DNA of 64,000 bases from Octopus sinensis (lineage: Eukaryota), in NCBI RefSeq assembly GCF_006345805.1, contig NC_043008.1, positions 15,252,001-15,316,000 on the forward strand. The letters run 5' to 3'. Below the pieces are notes generated by a model. The model did not search any database. It saw nothing but the letters and a program-made list of their open reading frames with translations, and was not told where the DNA came from. The position numbers and the translations under genes were made by a program. Position 1 is the stretch's first letter, and each line of letters begins with the position of its first letter. Of this stretch, positions 1-11,957 are shown piece by piece.

Positions 1-43
1 TGTACTGGGTTACATGTTACTAGTAGCACTCGAAAGTGACCTG

Positions 44-215
44 ACATAACATACATACATACATACATAACATACATACATACATACATACATGCATACA
101 TACATACATAACATACATACATACGTACATACATACATACACGCGCGCATACATGCATACACACATACATTCATATACACATACATTCATACACACATAT
201 ATACATATATACATA
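44..215. repeat. (ACAT)n/(AC)n compound microsatellite
   Basis: Direct reading of the sequence. It explains ORF 20..214. Confidence 0.95.
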
Positions 216-439
216 CGTTGTTATATTATTGTTGTTATGTCCATTCAGAACAGGTTTGACCATTTTAATAAACCGTTTTTCTTTTATCTTTCTTGTAACC
301 TGACTTGTGTCATGTAGTTTGTGGAAAGGAAAACTTAGAAAATTTTCTGACCACATACTTGTATATGTTCATGCAATCGATTTTGGCGAACATTGGCGTT
401 CCGGATTTGTTGTCTGTGGACTCGTAAGCTTACTTTAGC

Positions 440-1519
440 TTACTTAAGAAGCAAATTGCGCGTAATTTTTTTTTTATAGCTGTAGTTTGCTCTTCATTTT
501 ATTTCCGTGAAGACAAGAAAGCCGCTGGGCCTCTCAAAGACATATTTGAAGTTTATGGTGTTGATTGCTTAACAAAGCGCACTGTCAGAAATGGTTTAAA
601 AAATTCAGTTCTGGAGATTTTTCACTCAAATATGAATAACGTTCTGGTCGACCTACTGAAGTTGATGATAACCGAATAAAAACCATAACTGAATCTGATT
701 GTCATATAACTGTGCGGGGGATTGCAGAGAAGTTAAATGTATCACACACAACAATTGAAAAACACTTAAGATGTTTTGGACGCATTAAGAAGCTCCCTAT
801 TTGGGTTCCATATAAATTGAAAGAGATTCTCTTAACACAACAACCTTTTATTTAAAACGAATCATCGCTGGTGACGAAAAAGGGATTGTCTACAATAACA
901 TCAATCGAAAACGATAATGGTCCAAGCGTTATGAACAAGCGCAAACCACATTGAAAGCTGAATTGTATCAAAAGAACGTCATCCTGTCAGTTTGGTGGGA
1001 TTACAAAGGTGTTATGTATTTTGAGCTGCTTTCAAGAAGCCACACGATGAATTCAGACGATTACGGTAAACAACTAAGGAAACTGGAGAACGCAATCAAA
1101 GAAAAACGGCCATATTGGCAAATCGTAAATGAATCGTTTTCTACCATCACAACTTTAGACCCTACACGCATTTGTTAACTCGTGAAAAATTATTGGAGCT
1201 TAGTTGGGAAGTGATGTCACATCCACCATACAACCCTGACATTGTTCCATCAGAATACCCTTTATTTCGAAATTTGTAAAATTCTTTGAATGGTAAAACT
1301 TCGAATAATGATAATGACCAAAAATCGCACTTACTCAGTTTTTGGCAGATAAGGATCAGAAGTTTTATGAACGCGGAATCATGAAGTTTGTAGAAGATGG
1401 CAAAAGCTCATCAAACAAAATGGAACGTATAAAATTGATTAATATTCATTCCTTTTATGAAAAAGGAAAATGGCCTTTTTCACACTAAAAGTCCGAAATT
1501 ACTTACTTGCCAACCCACT
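440..1519 (+). mobile_element. Decayed Tc1/mariner element, transposase pseudogene, 3' TIR only
   Basis: Translates with frameshifts and stops to FYFREDKKAAG..WFKKF..SGRPTEVDD..WVPYKL (802-819), RIIAGDEKGIVY (870-881), AELYQKNVILSVWWDYKGV (ORF 951..1178) and HPPYNPDIVPSE (1220-1255). It ends in ...gaaattacttacttgccaacccac-TA. The 5' TIR is not found, so the start is approximate. Confidence 0.92.
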
Positions 1520-1543
1520 ATGTACATATATATATATATATAT

Positions 1544-1735
1544 AACGGGAAGATTTACGAAAATAAACAAAAGACGAAGGCAGGTGTAGTACAAACAAAC
1601 AATGTATTAGTTTGGCGCTCAGGAATAGAAATAAAACAAGTATTTTACGTTTCGAGCCTACGCTCTTCGACAGAAAAATACACAGAAAAGAAACAAGGAG
1701 AGAAAAAAATTGCGTGTAGGGGCTAATAATCCAAT
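1544..1735 (-). mobile_element. Short Penelope-terminal-repeat-like element carrying a minimal hammerhead motif, inserted in (TA)n
   Basis: Flanked by (TA)n. It shares the GAGC/GCTC-GAAACGT hammerhead block and TTCCTGAGCG(T)CCAA..TAATAC with the element at 6239-6467. Confidence 0.6.
1640..1681 (-). ncRNA. Degenerate minimal type I hammerhead ribozyme
   Basis: Minus strand: gtattttt-CTGTCGA-A-GAGC gtag GCTC-GAAA-CGT-A-aaatac. Stem I, stem II, palindromic ACGT stem III and a GUA triplet are present. Core A6 is replaced by U. Confidence 0.6.
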
Positions 1736-1880
1736 GCACACACATTCAAACACACATATATATATACATACATAATCATACACATGCGCGCACATATTTA
1801 CTCAGCTATGAATCCTCTGTACCGACTTAAAGACTCAATGATAAATATTTCTTACTTCTTCATATATATATATATATATA

Positions 1881-2140
1881 TATTGTATTTGGGGATGGTC
1901 ATGTTGTCAGATTAGCTAATGGAAACACATTTGGTGTTCATTTTGTACAAAATGGCAGATCGTTAGGAAGGAGAGACGCAAAAAGGAAAGACGAAATAAA
2001 AGGGCCACTGATGAGGTCACAGAAGTGTGACAAAAAAACTCTGGCTGAAATAAAAATTAATATTATATAAAGCTGAAGCAAGTGAAAACCAAATATATAG
2101 TGCGTGCGTTTTCATTGGCTAAGCTGGCAACATGACCAGC
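1881..2140 (+). mobile_element. Short element with inverted arms enclosing a hammerhead-like motif, next to (TA)n
   Basis: 1897-1926 vs 2108-2137 are inverted repeats (26/30). The stem extends inward (tttggtgttcattttg / caagtgaaaaccaaa). Confidence 0.65.
2004..2045 (+). ncRNA. Degenerate type I hammerhead ribozyme
   Basis: gcca-CTGATGA-G-GTCAC agaagt GTGAC-AAAAAAA-CTC-tggc. Stem I is GCCA/TGGC, CUGAUGA is intact and stem II is 5 bp. The expected CGAAA has decayed to an A run. Confidence 0.55.
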
Positions 2141-2177
2141 ACATGACCAACACATGAATTCACATCAAGAATCTTGC

Positions 2178-2269
2178 AAAATGGATACACACACACACTC
2201 ACACACACCACGCACCCACACTCACACACATACATACATACATACATACATACATACATACATGCATAC

Positions 2270-2301
<32 letters not shown>

Positions 2302-2390
2302 CTATGTATGTATGTATATATATATATATATATATCTATATATATATATATATATTATATATATATATATATATATATGTGGGTATGTAT
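2178..2390. repeat. (CA)n/(TACA)n/(TA)n microsatellite
   Basis: Direct reading. Confidence 0.95.
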
Positions 2391-2517
2391 GTATTACGAC
2401 GTTTAAATTCTAGTTACGTCAGGATAGCTTCGTCTCAGTTAAAAAAGACTGTTAAGTGAAGCAAAACTGCCATAATTATTACTTTGAGTTATATAAAATG
2501 TCATGAAAATATAAATT

Positions 2518-2614
2518 TAATAATAATAATAATAATAATAATAAAAATAATAATAACAATAATAATAATAACAATAATAATAATAATAATATTAGTAATA
2601 ATAATAATAATAAC

Positions 2615-2669
<55 letters not shown>

Positions 2670-2750
2670 GTGATAATGATAATAATAATAATAGTAATAA
2701 TGATAATAATAACAATAGCAATGATAATTATGATAATAATAATAATAACA
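2518..2750. repeat. (AAT)n microsatellite
   Basis: Direct reading. Source of the poly-I and poly-L ORFs. Confidence 0.97.
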
Positions 2751-3574
2751 TATATAGATATGTATGTATATATATTTAATGATGTTTTATACATTCGCAC
2801 ACATACTCCCGCACGCACAAACGCAGATCCACACACATGGATTCAGATATTATAAATGCAACCATTAAAATAAGCAAAAACGAAGTGAGCAAGTGTCTTG
2901 AACTTCAAAATGATGAAGTCTCGTAATGCTTCTTTCGAAAAATCTCCTTCGAAACGAAGTGATAGAATAAATACAAAAAGAAACCGAGAAGTAAAAAGAC
3001 GCAAAACCAACGAAGATATTCCATGTTATAAAATTGACAATGTGTTAACAGTAACCTTATCCTCGTCAATATGGTTAGGTGATTGTAAGAATTGAAGCTG
3101 ACAACACTCGGTAAAAGATATAAAAATGTAAGGGGAAAGAGAAAGTGAAAGTAATATCGTACATGTAGAAGTTCATAGAAAACGATTGCTTAAGCTTCAT
3201 TAGCAGAATTGTTTCCTGTGACACTACGTGCAAGCGAATACCTTTTATTGCTAATCGCTACTTGATTCACATATTTCGACCGGGAGATTTCAAGTAGGAA
3301 CAAAAGAAAGAAAGTAAAAAAAAAAAACGAAAAAAAATACAAAATACAAAAAACAAACGCACAAAACAATCAAATGACTGAACTGAACAAACGCAGGAAA
3401 AATCTGCATATGCGCATGCGTACATATCATATGCATGTGCAAAACACACAAACGCATACTCAGGCTGCCATTAATATACACGTGCGCAGGCATATATAAC
3501 TAAACACACTGACAAACACTCGAAACGGAAATACTCATCACATGCGCCTACTTACTCGAAACGAAAGCAATAGA

Positions 3575-3639
3575 TTATATATATATATACGTGTGTGTGT
3601 GTGTATATATATATATATACATACACCACACACACATAT

Positions 3640-3684
<45 letters not shown>

Positions 3685-4185
3685 TGTGTGCATATATATA
3701 TATACATACACACACACACAATAACATATATATATATATCTATTATATATATATATATGCGTGTGTGCATATATATATATATATATGTGTGAATGTATAA
3801 GGGTGTGTGTGTGCATACATATATACCAGTATCTTTATGCTGGTTTTATATTTATGTAAGTTATATGCATATAAAACTTATACAAATAAACATATATTTC
3901 TTATATACGTTATATATATTATATATAATACATACATCATATATATATATACATGTGTTGTATATACATATATACATATGTATATATATATATATAATAT
4001 ATCCTTACATACATATATATATGTATATATACATACATATGTGTGTATATATATATATAATATATATATATAAATATACATACACAGATATATATATAAA
4101 CATACGCGCACACACACTCACATACACACACACTGACATACACATACATATATGTATATATACACATATATATATACACAGAAGC
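3575..4185. repeat. (TA)/(CA)/(TG) compound microsatellite block
   Basis: Direct reading. Confidence 0.95.
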
Positions 4186-4644
4186 GTTTCAATGTAAGTA
4201 ATTTGTTTCTGAAGTAGACATCAAATTAACATCTGTCACGTAAAGCCTGTTGCATCGAAATTATCTGACCTACAGCAGATAAATAATTAAACGTTATACA
4301 CAGCGTTCGCAATTCCAATGAAATTTTATTGATGCAATCTTCCTCGGATATTTTGTTTTTCAGATTCAACACCATTTATATCAACCCTTCATCATTCCCC
4401 ATCTCCTTGTTGCTCTGTCACCTTTACATGCAACTTCTTCAAAATTGAATTCATAAGATATCCGTATTTTATCTGTACCTGTCTGCCTCTCACTTTATTC
4501 ATGATTTAATTATTCTCTATCTTTCTTCTCCGTATATATGCATTAGTATATGGCTACCTTTGAGATTCATGCATATGCGAGGATATACATGTAGTCAAGT
4601 ACATAAAGGTATGCTTTTATGCACGGAGGAAAAGTGAAACAATT

Positions 4645-4645
4645 A

Positions 4646-4738
<93 letters not shown>

Positions 4739-4747
4739 CTCTGTGTG

Positions 4748-4779
<32 letters not shown>

Positions 4780-4798
4780 ACTATCTATCTATCTATCA

Positions 4799-4875
<77 letters not shown>
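4645..4875. repeat. (TCTA)n microsatellite
   Basis: Direct reading. Confidence 0.97.
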
Positions 4876-4878
<3 letters not shown>

Positions 4879-5194
4879 ATATTTTGTCTATTTAACTATC
4901 TATCTATGTGTATATACGAATTTTGAATATTTAGAATGTACTTAAATATAATGTTACACGCTTATGCAAATTTGAGACGCTTTCATATATATTGTTATGC
5001 CGACACACACACATTCGCACGCACCCACACACACACACATACACACACACAAACACACACACACACACACACAGAGAGAGAAAGTCACAAACATACTAAC
5101 ACATATACCTCTCCCATATACATTGGTCGTATCGAATTTTTAACGTATTCTATACCTTCGTATATTCCCTCTCTCTTTCTCTCTCTCTCCCAGT

Positions 5195-5275
5195 CTGGAT
5201 ATATATATATAACCTTCATGGATATGTACGCATATATATATATATATTATATATATATATATATATATATGTATA

Positions 5276-5317
<42 letters not shown>

Positions 5318-5365
5318 TATATATATATATATCTATATATATATATATGTACACGTATGTATATT
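5195..5365. repeat. (TA)n microsatellite
   Basis: Direct reading. Confidence 0.95.
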
Positions 5366-6048
5366 GAGGCATATTCCTGATTTTGTGCGTGCTTGTATGC
5401 GAGCGTTTGTGTGTGTGTGGTTGTGTAATTTATGGTTAACAAGATGAACGTTTCCTAATTTTCTTAAGGTTTCATACAACCATAGCAATTAAGTAGCGAA
5501 CTTTCAGACTACGATCTCTGATTAAAACAACGATTTCAGACGGGGCGATTCTCTGATTGGACAGCATAAATCTCTCATTGACGACACGATATCAATCACC
5601 ACCTATTTACGTGGTTACTGCCTCAGATAATATAAGTGTAAGCAATATCCAGACAAGAAGACTTAAGCTATTACAAGTTCACATGAACTATGATCTCGCG
5701 ATATCTCTTACTTTCACCGCCGCCAAACAATCTCGTGAGAATGCCAAACAATCTCGTGGTGGCTGTACTTAGTATCGTAGATGAAGAATTTCAATCATGA
5801 ATAATACTGTTCTGTTTGTAGTCTGAATATGTTAGTATACGCTCTCACATGGAGATAATATTATAAATTCTGAGAGCTGATTCCTGCATGTTTTTGTTTT
5901 TGGTTTTTGCCAATAACATTGCTTTGAGATGTTTTACGTTTGCAGCTACAAAAGCATACGTTTTTTTTTTAATCATTCGCTCGTTAGAAGGTCCTTAGAC
6001 TCCTGCTAGAATAGAATGAATAGAATATATACATATACATATACATAC

Positions 6049-6084
<36 letters not shown>

Positions 6085-6238
6085 GATGAGTACGGGACAC
6101 TTTTATCTGCTGCAATATTTGCAACTTTAAATAAAGCCTGTCTTTGTATGAAACAATTGTACTAAAAACTAATCCATTCTTGTTGCTTCTTTTCTCGTAT
6201 AATATATATATATATATATTATATATATATATATATAT

Positions 6239-6463
6239 GCTTTCAATATGTGACCTCGTGAGTACCGCTGGCGATTTTTCTTCCTCTGCTTTCCCTTCTC
6301 GGGATCTTTCCTTCTCCTATGTTTCCGACGAAGAGCTCCGCTCGAAACGTTAAACACTCCTTCTTCCCTTCTTTCCTGAGCGTCCAATAATACTTTATTT
6401 GTTCCACGTCCTCGCGTTGTTGTGTTTTTTTGTTGTTTTTTTTGTGTTTTCTTGTTTGGATTA

Positions 6464-6467
<4 letters not shown>
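6239..6467 (+). mobile_element. Short Penelope-terminal-repeat-like element with a minimal hammerhead, inserted in (TA)n
   Basis: (TA)n on both sides (6198-6238, 6468-6493). Shares motifs with 1544-1735. Confidence 0.65.
6320..6356 (+). ncRNA. Minimal type I hammerhead ribozyme (U4C and extra-A variant)
   Basis: tgttt-CCGACGA-A-GAGC tcc GCTC-GAAA-CGT-T-aaaca. Stem I is 5 bp, stem II is 4 bp, stem III is the palindrome AACGTT, and the triplet is GUU. Confidence 0.7.
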
Positions 6468-6495
<28 letters not shown>

Positions 6496-6906
6496 ACATG
6501 CCTACATGTTAAAGTAACATCCTGTTTGTCACTAGGGCCATTGCAGTTTAATAAAAAATCTATAATTGGACGATTACGGCCCCTAGAATTGGTCCAGATA
6601 TAACCCATCTAATTTCCTTTAATGGCCAAGGGGCAATAACCCATTCACTCTCTTTATTTTTCTGTATTGCCCACTAGTCATTTCTCCCTCCATTTATTAG
6701 AGAAGCAATATCTTTAGAGTGACCAGTGGTTACGTTGTACGTGCGCGTTCAACATTTCTTGGACTTTCTTTCTAGACGTTATCAGACAAATTCAGTGATT
6801 TTACTATTAATCTAACCCATATCCTGAGTCAATATATAAATTTAATGACATTTCATTCATCTAAAACTTTTATCTAAAACAAATCTGAGTAAAATCTCCC
6901 CATGGG

Positions 6907-7158
6907 TTATGGAGATACCAATGCCACAACGTATTTGTAAATGTTACCATAAACGTACTGTTTCTGTGGCAACCGGGCAAAATATGTCAAAACATTACAT
7001 TTTATTTGGTATAAATGTAGGTGAGTATGTTTATTTCTTAGTATTTGAACTGTTAGGGCTATTTTCGTATTTCGCCCTGTATTTTCCTCAACAATGGATC
7101 CACTTATTTCGGTTTGCGACTTATTCACGAACATACCATGAATGACGATCCCTTTCAT
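6907..7158 (-). pseudogene. Possible decayed class A GPCR TM1-ICL1-TM2 fragment
   Basis: The ORF reads G(R)NTKIALTVQILRNKHTHLHLYQIKCNVL, resembling the GN..LVI..ILRNK..H...Y.I.NL pattern. Hydrophobicity is weak and the match is by eye only. Confidence 0.25.
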
Positions 7159-7479
7159 GTCACTTCAGCCAATTGACAGGCGCTGTATGAAGAACTGTTC
7201 TGCTTTTAGACAAATGATCTGTCATCACAAATGTCACACCCTGTTAACATGAAGGAACACCTACTTAATTTATATTTATAGGTGTGCTAATGTTTTGTAT
7301 CGACGTACTCTATGTAAGAACCAAACACACAAGCACACAGAAATTGCCATTTATCAATTAATAACATTGCAATCTGCAGTCCTTATAAAGTTTCCACGCT
7401 GTTTACATGTCGGAACATCGTCTTAATTTATATTGAAAGCTGTGTTGATATTTTCTTAAGATGTACATTTTATTTTTCT

Positions 7480-8184
7480 TTAACGGCAAACGGGAAACAA
7501 TCCACTTAAATGCGTTTGTCGTAAAGAATCCACTTTTCATCGCAAGTCACAATCCGGTCGAGAAACTGGTCGTTCTTGTTGCGTAAAAGAAGGGAAGACG
7601 ACACTTCAAAGCGGCGTTTTTTTTTTGGCCGTCGTTCAACTCGTGCGGAACCCATTTCTCAAGTATTTTTTGTTTTTCCAATCTCTTTCAAGTGGTTGGA
7701 AATTGTCGTATACGTTACGTCTAATTCAGAAGCAAGCTCTCGAACAGTTGTGCGTGTATCGGCTTCCACTAAGGCTCTTAGTTGGTCGTTCTCAACATCC
7801 GATGGCCGACCACTACGTTTATCATGTTCAAGACTTTCGTCACCGCTACGGAATTTCTTGAACCATCATCGTGCTGTACGTTCATTAGTGGTTCTTGGGA
7901 CAAACGCATCGTTGGTATCGCGAGCTGTTTCAGCAGCTTTTCGGCCTAGATTGAACTGGAATAAGAAAATTGTGCGAATTTGTTTTTTGTCCATGTTGTA
8001 TTGAACGTTCCGGAAAAATGGCCTAATTATTCAAAAAGAAAAAGAGTAACACGCTTAGATAGAGCAAAAAACAGGCTTTAAATTGATATATAACGTCAAA
8101 GTAATTTTAAGAAAATTAATTTGACAATACATCATTTAGAACCAAAATTAAAAATTCCGCAAGAAATTCCTTGACAACCTGATA
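7480..8184 (-). mobile_element. Truncated mariner (cecropia/Hsmar1-like), 5' TIR plus N-terminal half of transposase
   Basis: ATG at 7994: MDKKQIRTIFLFQFNLGRKAAETAR..WFKKFRSGDESLE..RSGRPSDVENDQLRALVEAD..WVPHEL..RRFEVSSSLLLRNKNDQFLDRIVTCDEKWILYD, with one stop and one frameshift. TIR-like tatcaggttgtcaaggaatttcttgcggaatttt at 8184-8151. Confidence 0.95.
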
Positions 8185-8701
8185 GTATTTGAATTCAATG
8201 GATTTTGGCTATCCTCTTCTCATTATATCATGTAATATAAAGTCTAAAATCATTAAAAATCAAATACTTGAGTTTGTGTACTTTAAATATTTACTTTCAA
8301 TGAATTCTAACAATCAGCATAGATTAAAAATATATTTCTTTTATTGCTTTCAGTCATTGAAATGTGATATTCTTCAAGCACCAACTTCAAGCGTTTTACT
8401 TGATCGTATCGAATTTTAGTCTCTTATTTATTTTATCGATTTCAATTTATGGAATCGCTCGGTTACATTTCATCATAAAACGCCGGAACTTTACATACAG
8501 CGGTAAATGTGAATTAAAAATCTAAGCACAGGAACACAGGCATATGGCAGGATTCTTTGGTGTTTTCGTCTAGTTTATTCCACTTTCAAAGTATTAACAA
8601 ACAGAATTTTCCTCATTGAACAGTTGTCTTAGGTGTGGCCCAGTGGGATCGAGCCTGAATCTCCATATTATGTCTGCACCTAGAGTGGATAATATGAATA
8701 C

Positions 8702-8830
8702 AATCCGATTGTGCCGGAATGTCCGTTCTCGTTATGGTATATAATGAACAACAAATGTCTGGGAGGGAGGCATCTAGTCATTGATCGGCTGATTACATTC
8801 TGTGTATCTACTGATTGATAGTTACATAAC
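8702..8830. repeat. Dispersed direct duplication, copy 1 (partner 11222-11346)
   Basis: aatccgattgt(g/a)ccggaatgtccgtt...tctactgatt(g/c)atagttacataac. About a dozen substitutions and a 4-nt indel. Confidence 0.9.
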
Positions 8831-10736
8831 TATTAAATTAAATAGTGTGAGTAGCTGCCTCTGATCTGGATGTGTGTGCGAGTGTGAATTAAAATTTGGA
8901 TATATTTCCTTTCATAGATCTTTCTCTTGCATGTATCAAAAACAGGAGGCAATGTAGCCCAATTTTATATTCCCTCACACATCATAAGTTAATGTAACTA
9001 AAGTTATGCTATGCCACTATCGCATGGTTTCACCTTACTTCGATCCAAAATTGGTTGTCATATCTCGTAATCATTAAAAAAATGTATATTCTCATATAAC
9101 CTCATTATATTCTTGTAAAATCTGACAGACATTTAGAATTAGTACAATTCTAAATGCCAACAAACTTTGTTGGAAACTGCAAATTTGGTGCACTAAAAAA
9201 AAACAAGAAATGTCAAAGCCTTTCTCCATTACGACCCAATGTTGGCCATGATAACCCTACTGCACTCTCGAAAGACACGATCTCTCACATACATTTTCAT
9301 CTCTCATATAAAGTAAAATTGAACTTCGAGCCCACAAAATAAATCTTTTATACTTCATTATATTCGACGAATTCATTTTGTCTGAAAAGATTACATTAAT
9401 CAATTTATGTTTCATGTTCCATGAATTTACATTTTTTTTTTATATTTGCTTCTAAATTCTTAAACTTATTCTATCTTACCTTGTATGATGGAAATTTCAG
9501 GCCTTCGTTCAAATCGAATAAACGTTGAATGAATGTTTGTATTTTTTCATCGACAGAAAGTTTTCTTGTTATTAAACATTCAATAATATTTGCATGAGAA
9601 GCTTTCTATTCATCTGTTTATATATGTATAACTTTTTTAAAACCCATCAATCAATCATTGAAAAATTCTAATATTAGATTTTAAAAGTCAATCCTTAAAT
9701 CGTATCGCTTTTCAAATGAAAATATAAGGAAAACCATGTTAGGAGATGATAAAATCTAATATATCAATCGATACGTTACACGTTGAGACTTTAGCATTTC
9801 ATATTATATATTTTTAAATGTGATTTTACTTTTCTACCAACGCACACGGGAAAAATGAAAATTGCAATAAAATAATTCCCAGCTTCGTGATATAAGCGTC
9901 ATTCAAAGTAAATGTAACATCTTTCAATTTATAAATAACATTTGCAGTGAAATGCATTTAATTGTGACAAGGTCTTAATATAGACGCTACAGAGTAAAAC
10001 GTTCGACGCATGTCACTTGTTTCCTAGTAAAACGTGATGTGGGTCTTTATTAAATCGTCTTCTGGTTTTATACACAGTGTGTAATGAAATGCTGGGTTAT
10101 AGAGTAGTATTTAAATGTTCCTTCATGAAGTGTGTTTAGGGCAAATCAAACGAAAGGTAGCCAAGCCTTTTGGAAGGTTCAAGGATTTCAGAAATAGCGA
10201 AGGAGAATTTAAAAATCCATTCCCTAATCCTGGGTGACATTAATGGTTGTACACACACAAAACACAAAACACACACAACACAAGTATTGAAATATTTCAA
10301 ACTGAATCGTTGGGCATCGAAACAATACAACATCGTTCATCGCTGTTTAAATACGAAACGTTAACGCTACTCTTGTACTTAGCCGGTGAACTGTTAACTT
10401 ACTTAAATTTAGGCCCTGAAATTGTTGGCTTTAATGCTCTGATGTGACCTTGTTTTGTTTGGTTGAAAATTATTCTATTGAACATGTTGGTAGGCATCCC
10501 AGGTATAAGTGATTATTTAAAGGTGGTTAACTACGGGATTTTTTCCCTATTAGACACCAACAAAGTCTTTACTAATATCAAAGACAATAACAAACTCTAC
10601 TAAAGATTCAAAGAGCGTATGGTTATCAATATAACGTGAGAAGGCAGTTAATTGAAATTGTGAAGGTTGCTGGTCGTTTATTTTCTGTTATATGGAATTA
10701 GACTCCTGTTTGGTTTCGTAAGTTAATTAAGATATA

Positions 10737-11160
10737 GGCGCAGGAGTGGCTGTGTGGTAAGTAGCTTGCTAACCAACCGCATGGTTCCGGGTTCAGTCCC
10801 ACTGCGTGCATCTTGGGCAAGTGTCTTCTGCTATAGCCTCGGGCCGACCAATGCCTTGTGAGTGGATTTGGTAGACGGAAACTGAAAGAAGCCTGTCGTA
10901 TATATGTATATATATATATATATATATGTGCGTGTGTATGTGTGTGTGTATTTGTCCCCCTAGCATTGCTTGACAACCGATGCTGGTATGTTTACGTCCC
11001 CATCACTTAGCGGTTCGGCAAAAGATACCGATAGAATAAGTACTGGGCTTACAAAGAATAAGTCCCGGGGTCGATTTGCTAGACTAAAGGCGGTGATCCA
11101 GCATGGCCGCAGTCAAATGACTGAAACAAGTAAAAGAGTAAAAGAGTAAAAGGGTAAGAG
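10737..11160 (+). mobile_element. tRNA-derived SINE, family A, full length
   Basis: Head ggcgcaggagtggctgtgtggtaag with B-box-like ggttcagtccc, an internal (TA)/(TG) tract and a (AAAGAGT)n tail. About 11 homologous copies occur in the window. Confidence 0.93.
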
Positions 11161-11221
11161 TTTTTTTATTCTAGTTTCTTGATATTAATTAGTTTATGAG
11201 TCACCAGAGGACTGAAATTCA

Positions 11222-11346
11222 AATCCGATTGTACCGGAATGTCCGTTCCCGTTATGGTATATATTGAACAACAAATGTGTGTGAGGCATCCCGTCATTGA
11301 TTGACTGATTCCGTTCTGTGTATCTACTGATTCATAGTTACATAAC
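11222..11346. repeat. Dispersed direct duplication, copy 2 (partner 8702-8830)
   Basis: See copy 1. Confidence 0.9.
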
Positions 11347-11438
11347 AACTACAACAAGATGAATTTGAAGTCAATATCGAGTGGCATCTAACTGAAATAC
11401 CTACGGCATACTCTTTACTATATTCAGACATTTAATGA

Positions 11439-11501
11439 TTAAAGCATAAACGTCTATGGTAAAAGTATAAACGTCAGTGCTTAAAGCATAAACGTCACTA
11501 T
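11439..11501. repeat. 21-bp tandem repeat x3
   Basis: ttaaagcataaacgtctatgg / taaaagtataaacgtcagtgc / ttaaagcataaacgtcactat. Confidence 0.85.
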
Positions 11502-11684
11502 TTCAATGCCCGGTTAGTAAATATGTCAAACCAAATATATGATCTAGTGCGTGTCACGTCATCACTAATATGATAACCTTCTAGATACTTAACGGTTATA
11601 AGATCTTGTCAAAATTAGACGCTATCCTTCAGCCAATGAGTGTATAAACTAAACACATGCAGTATGTATCATTGGTAATATTAC

Positions 11685-11957
11685 TTATAAATCAAACTGT
11701 AATTTCTTGCGAAGCGATGTTGCGCATCCGTAGATAAACTCTTTGTTCTTTGCATACATACCCCAGAACAGCGATTGTATTTCTTTCCGAAGTGACTCGA
11801 AGAAACGATGCCGAGGAGCTTCAAACACAGCAGAATGTCGATATCCATCGTCCTCGCAAACTATGGGGTCAGTTGTTTCGACTAGTTCCAGGTATTCAGG
11901 GCCTTTTTTAACACTCGGTGTCATATAAGGATTTTCTTCCCAGATGCTATCACGCAG
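11685..11957 (-). other. GC-elevated, coding-like segment of unknown identity (candidate exon or pseudo-exon)
   Basis: About 90 open, non-repetitive codons (LRDSIWEENPYMTPSVKKGPEYL...FIYGCATSLRKKLQFDL*) in a CpG-rich island. No family recognised. Confidence 0.3.

Noticed and set aside
10140-10238. Possible plus-strand terminal exon QIKRKVAKPFGRFKDFRNSEGEFKNPFPNPG*
   Set aside because: Short, weak acceptor, no supported upstream exon and no recognisable family.
11555-11650. Promoter (TGACGT, CCAAT, TATAAA)
   Set aside because: CCAAT and TATA are only ~10 bp apart, and such motifs are expected by chance in AT-rich DNA.
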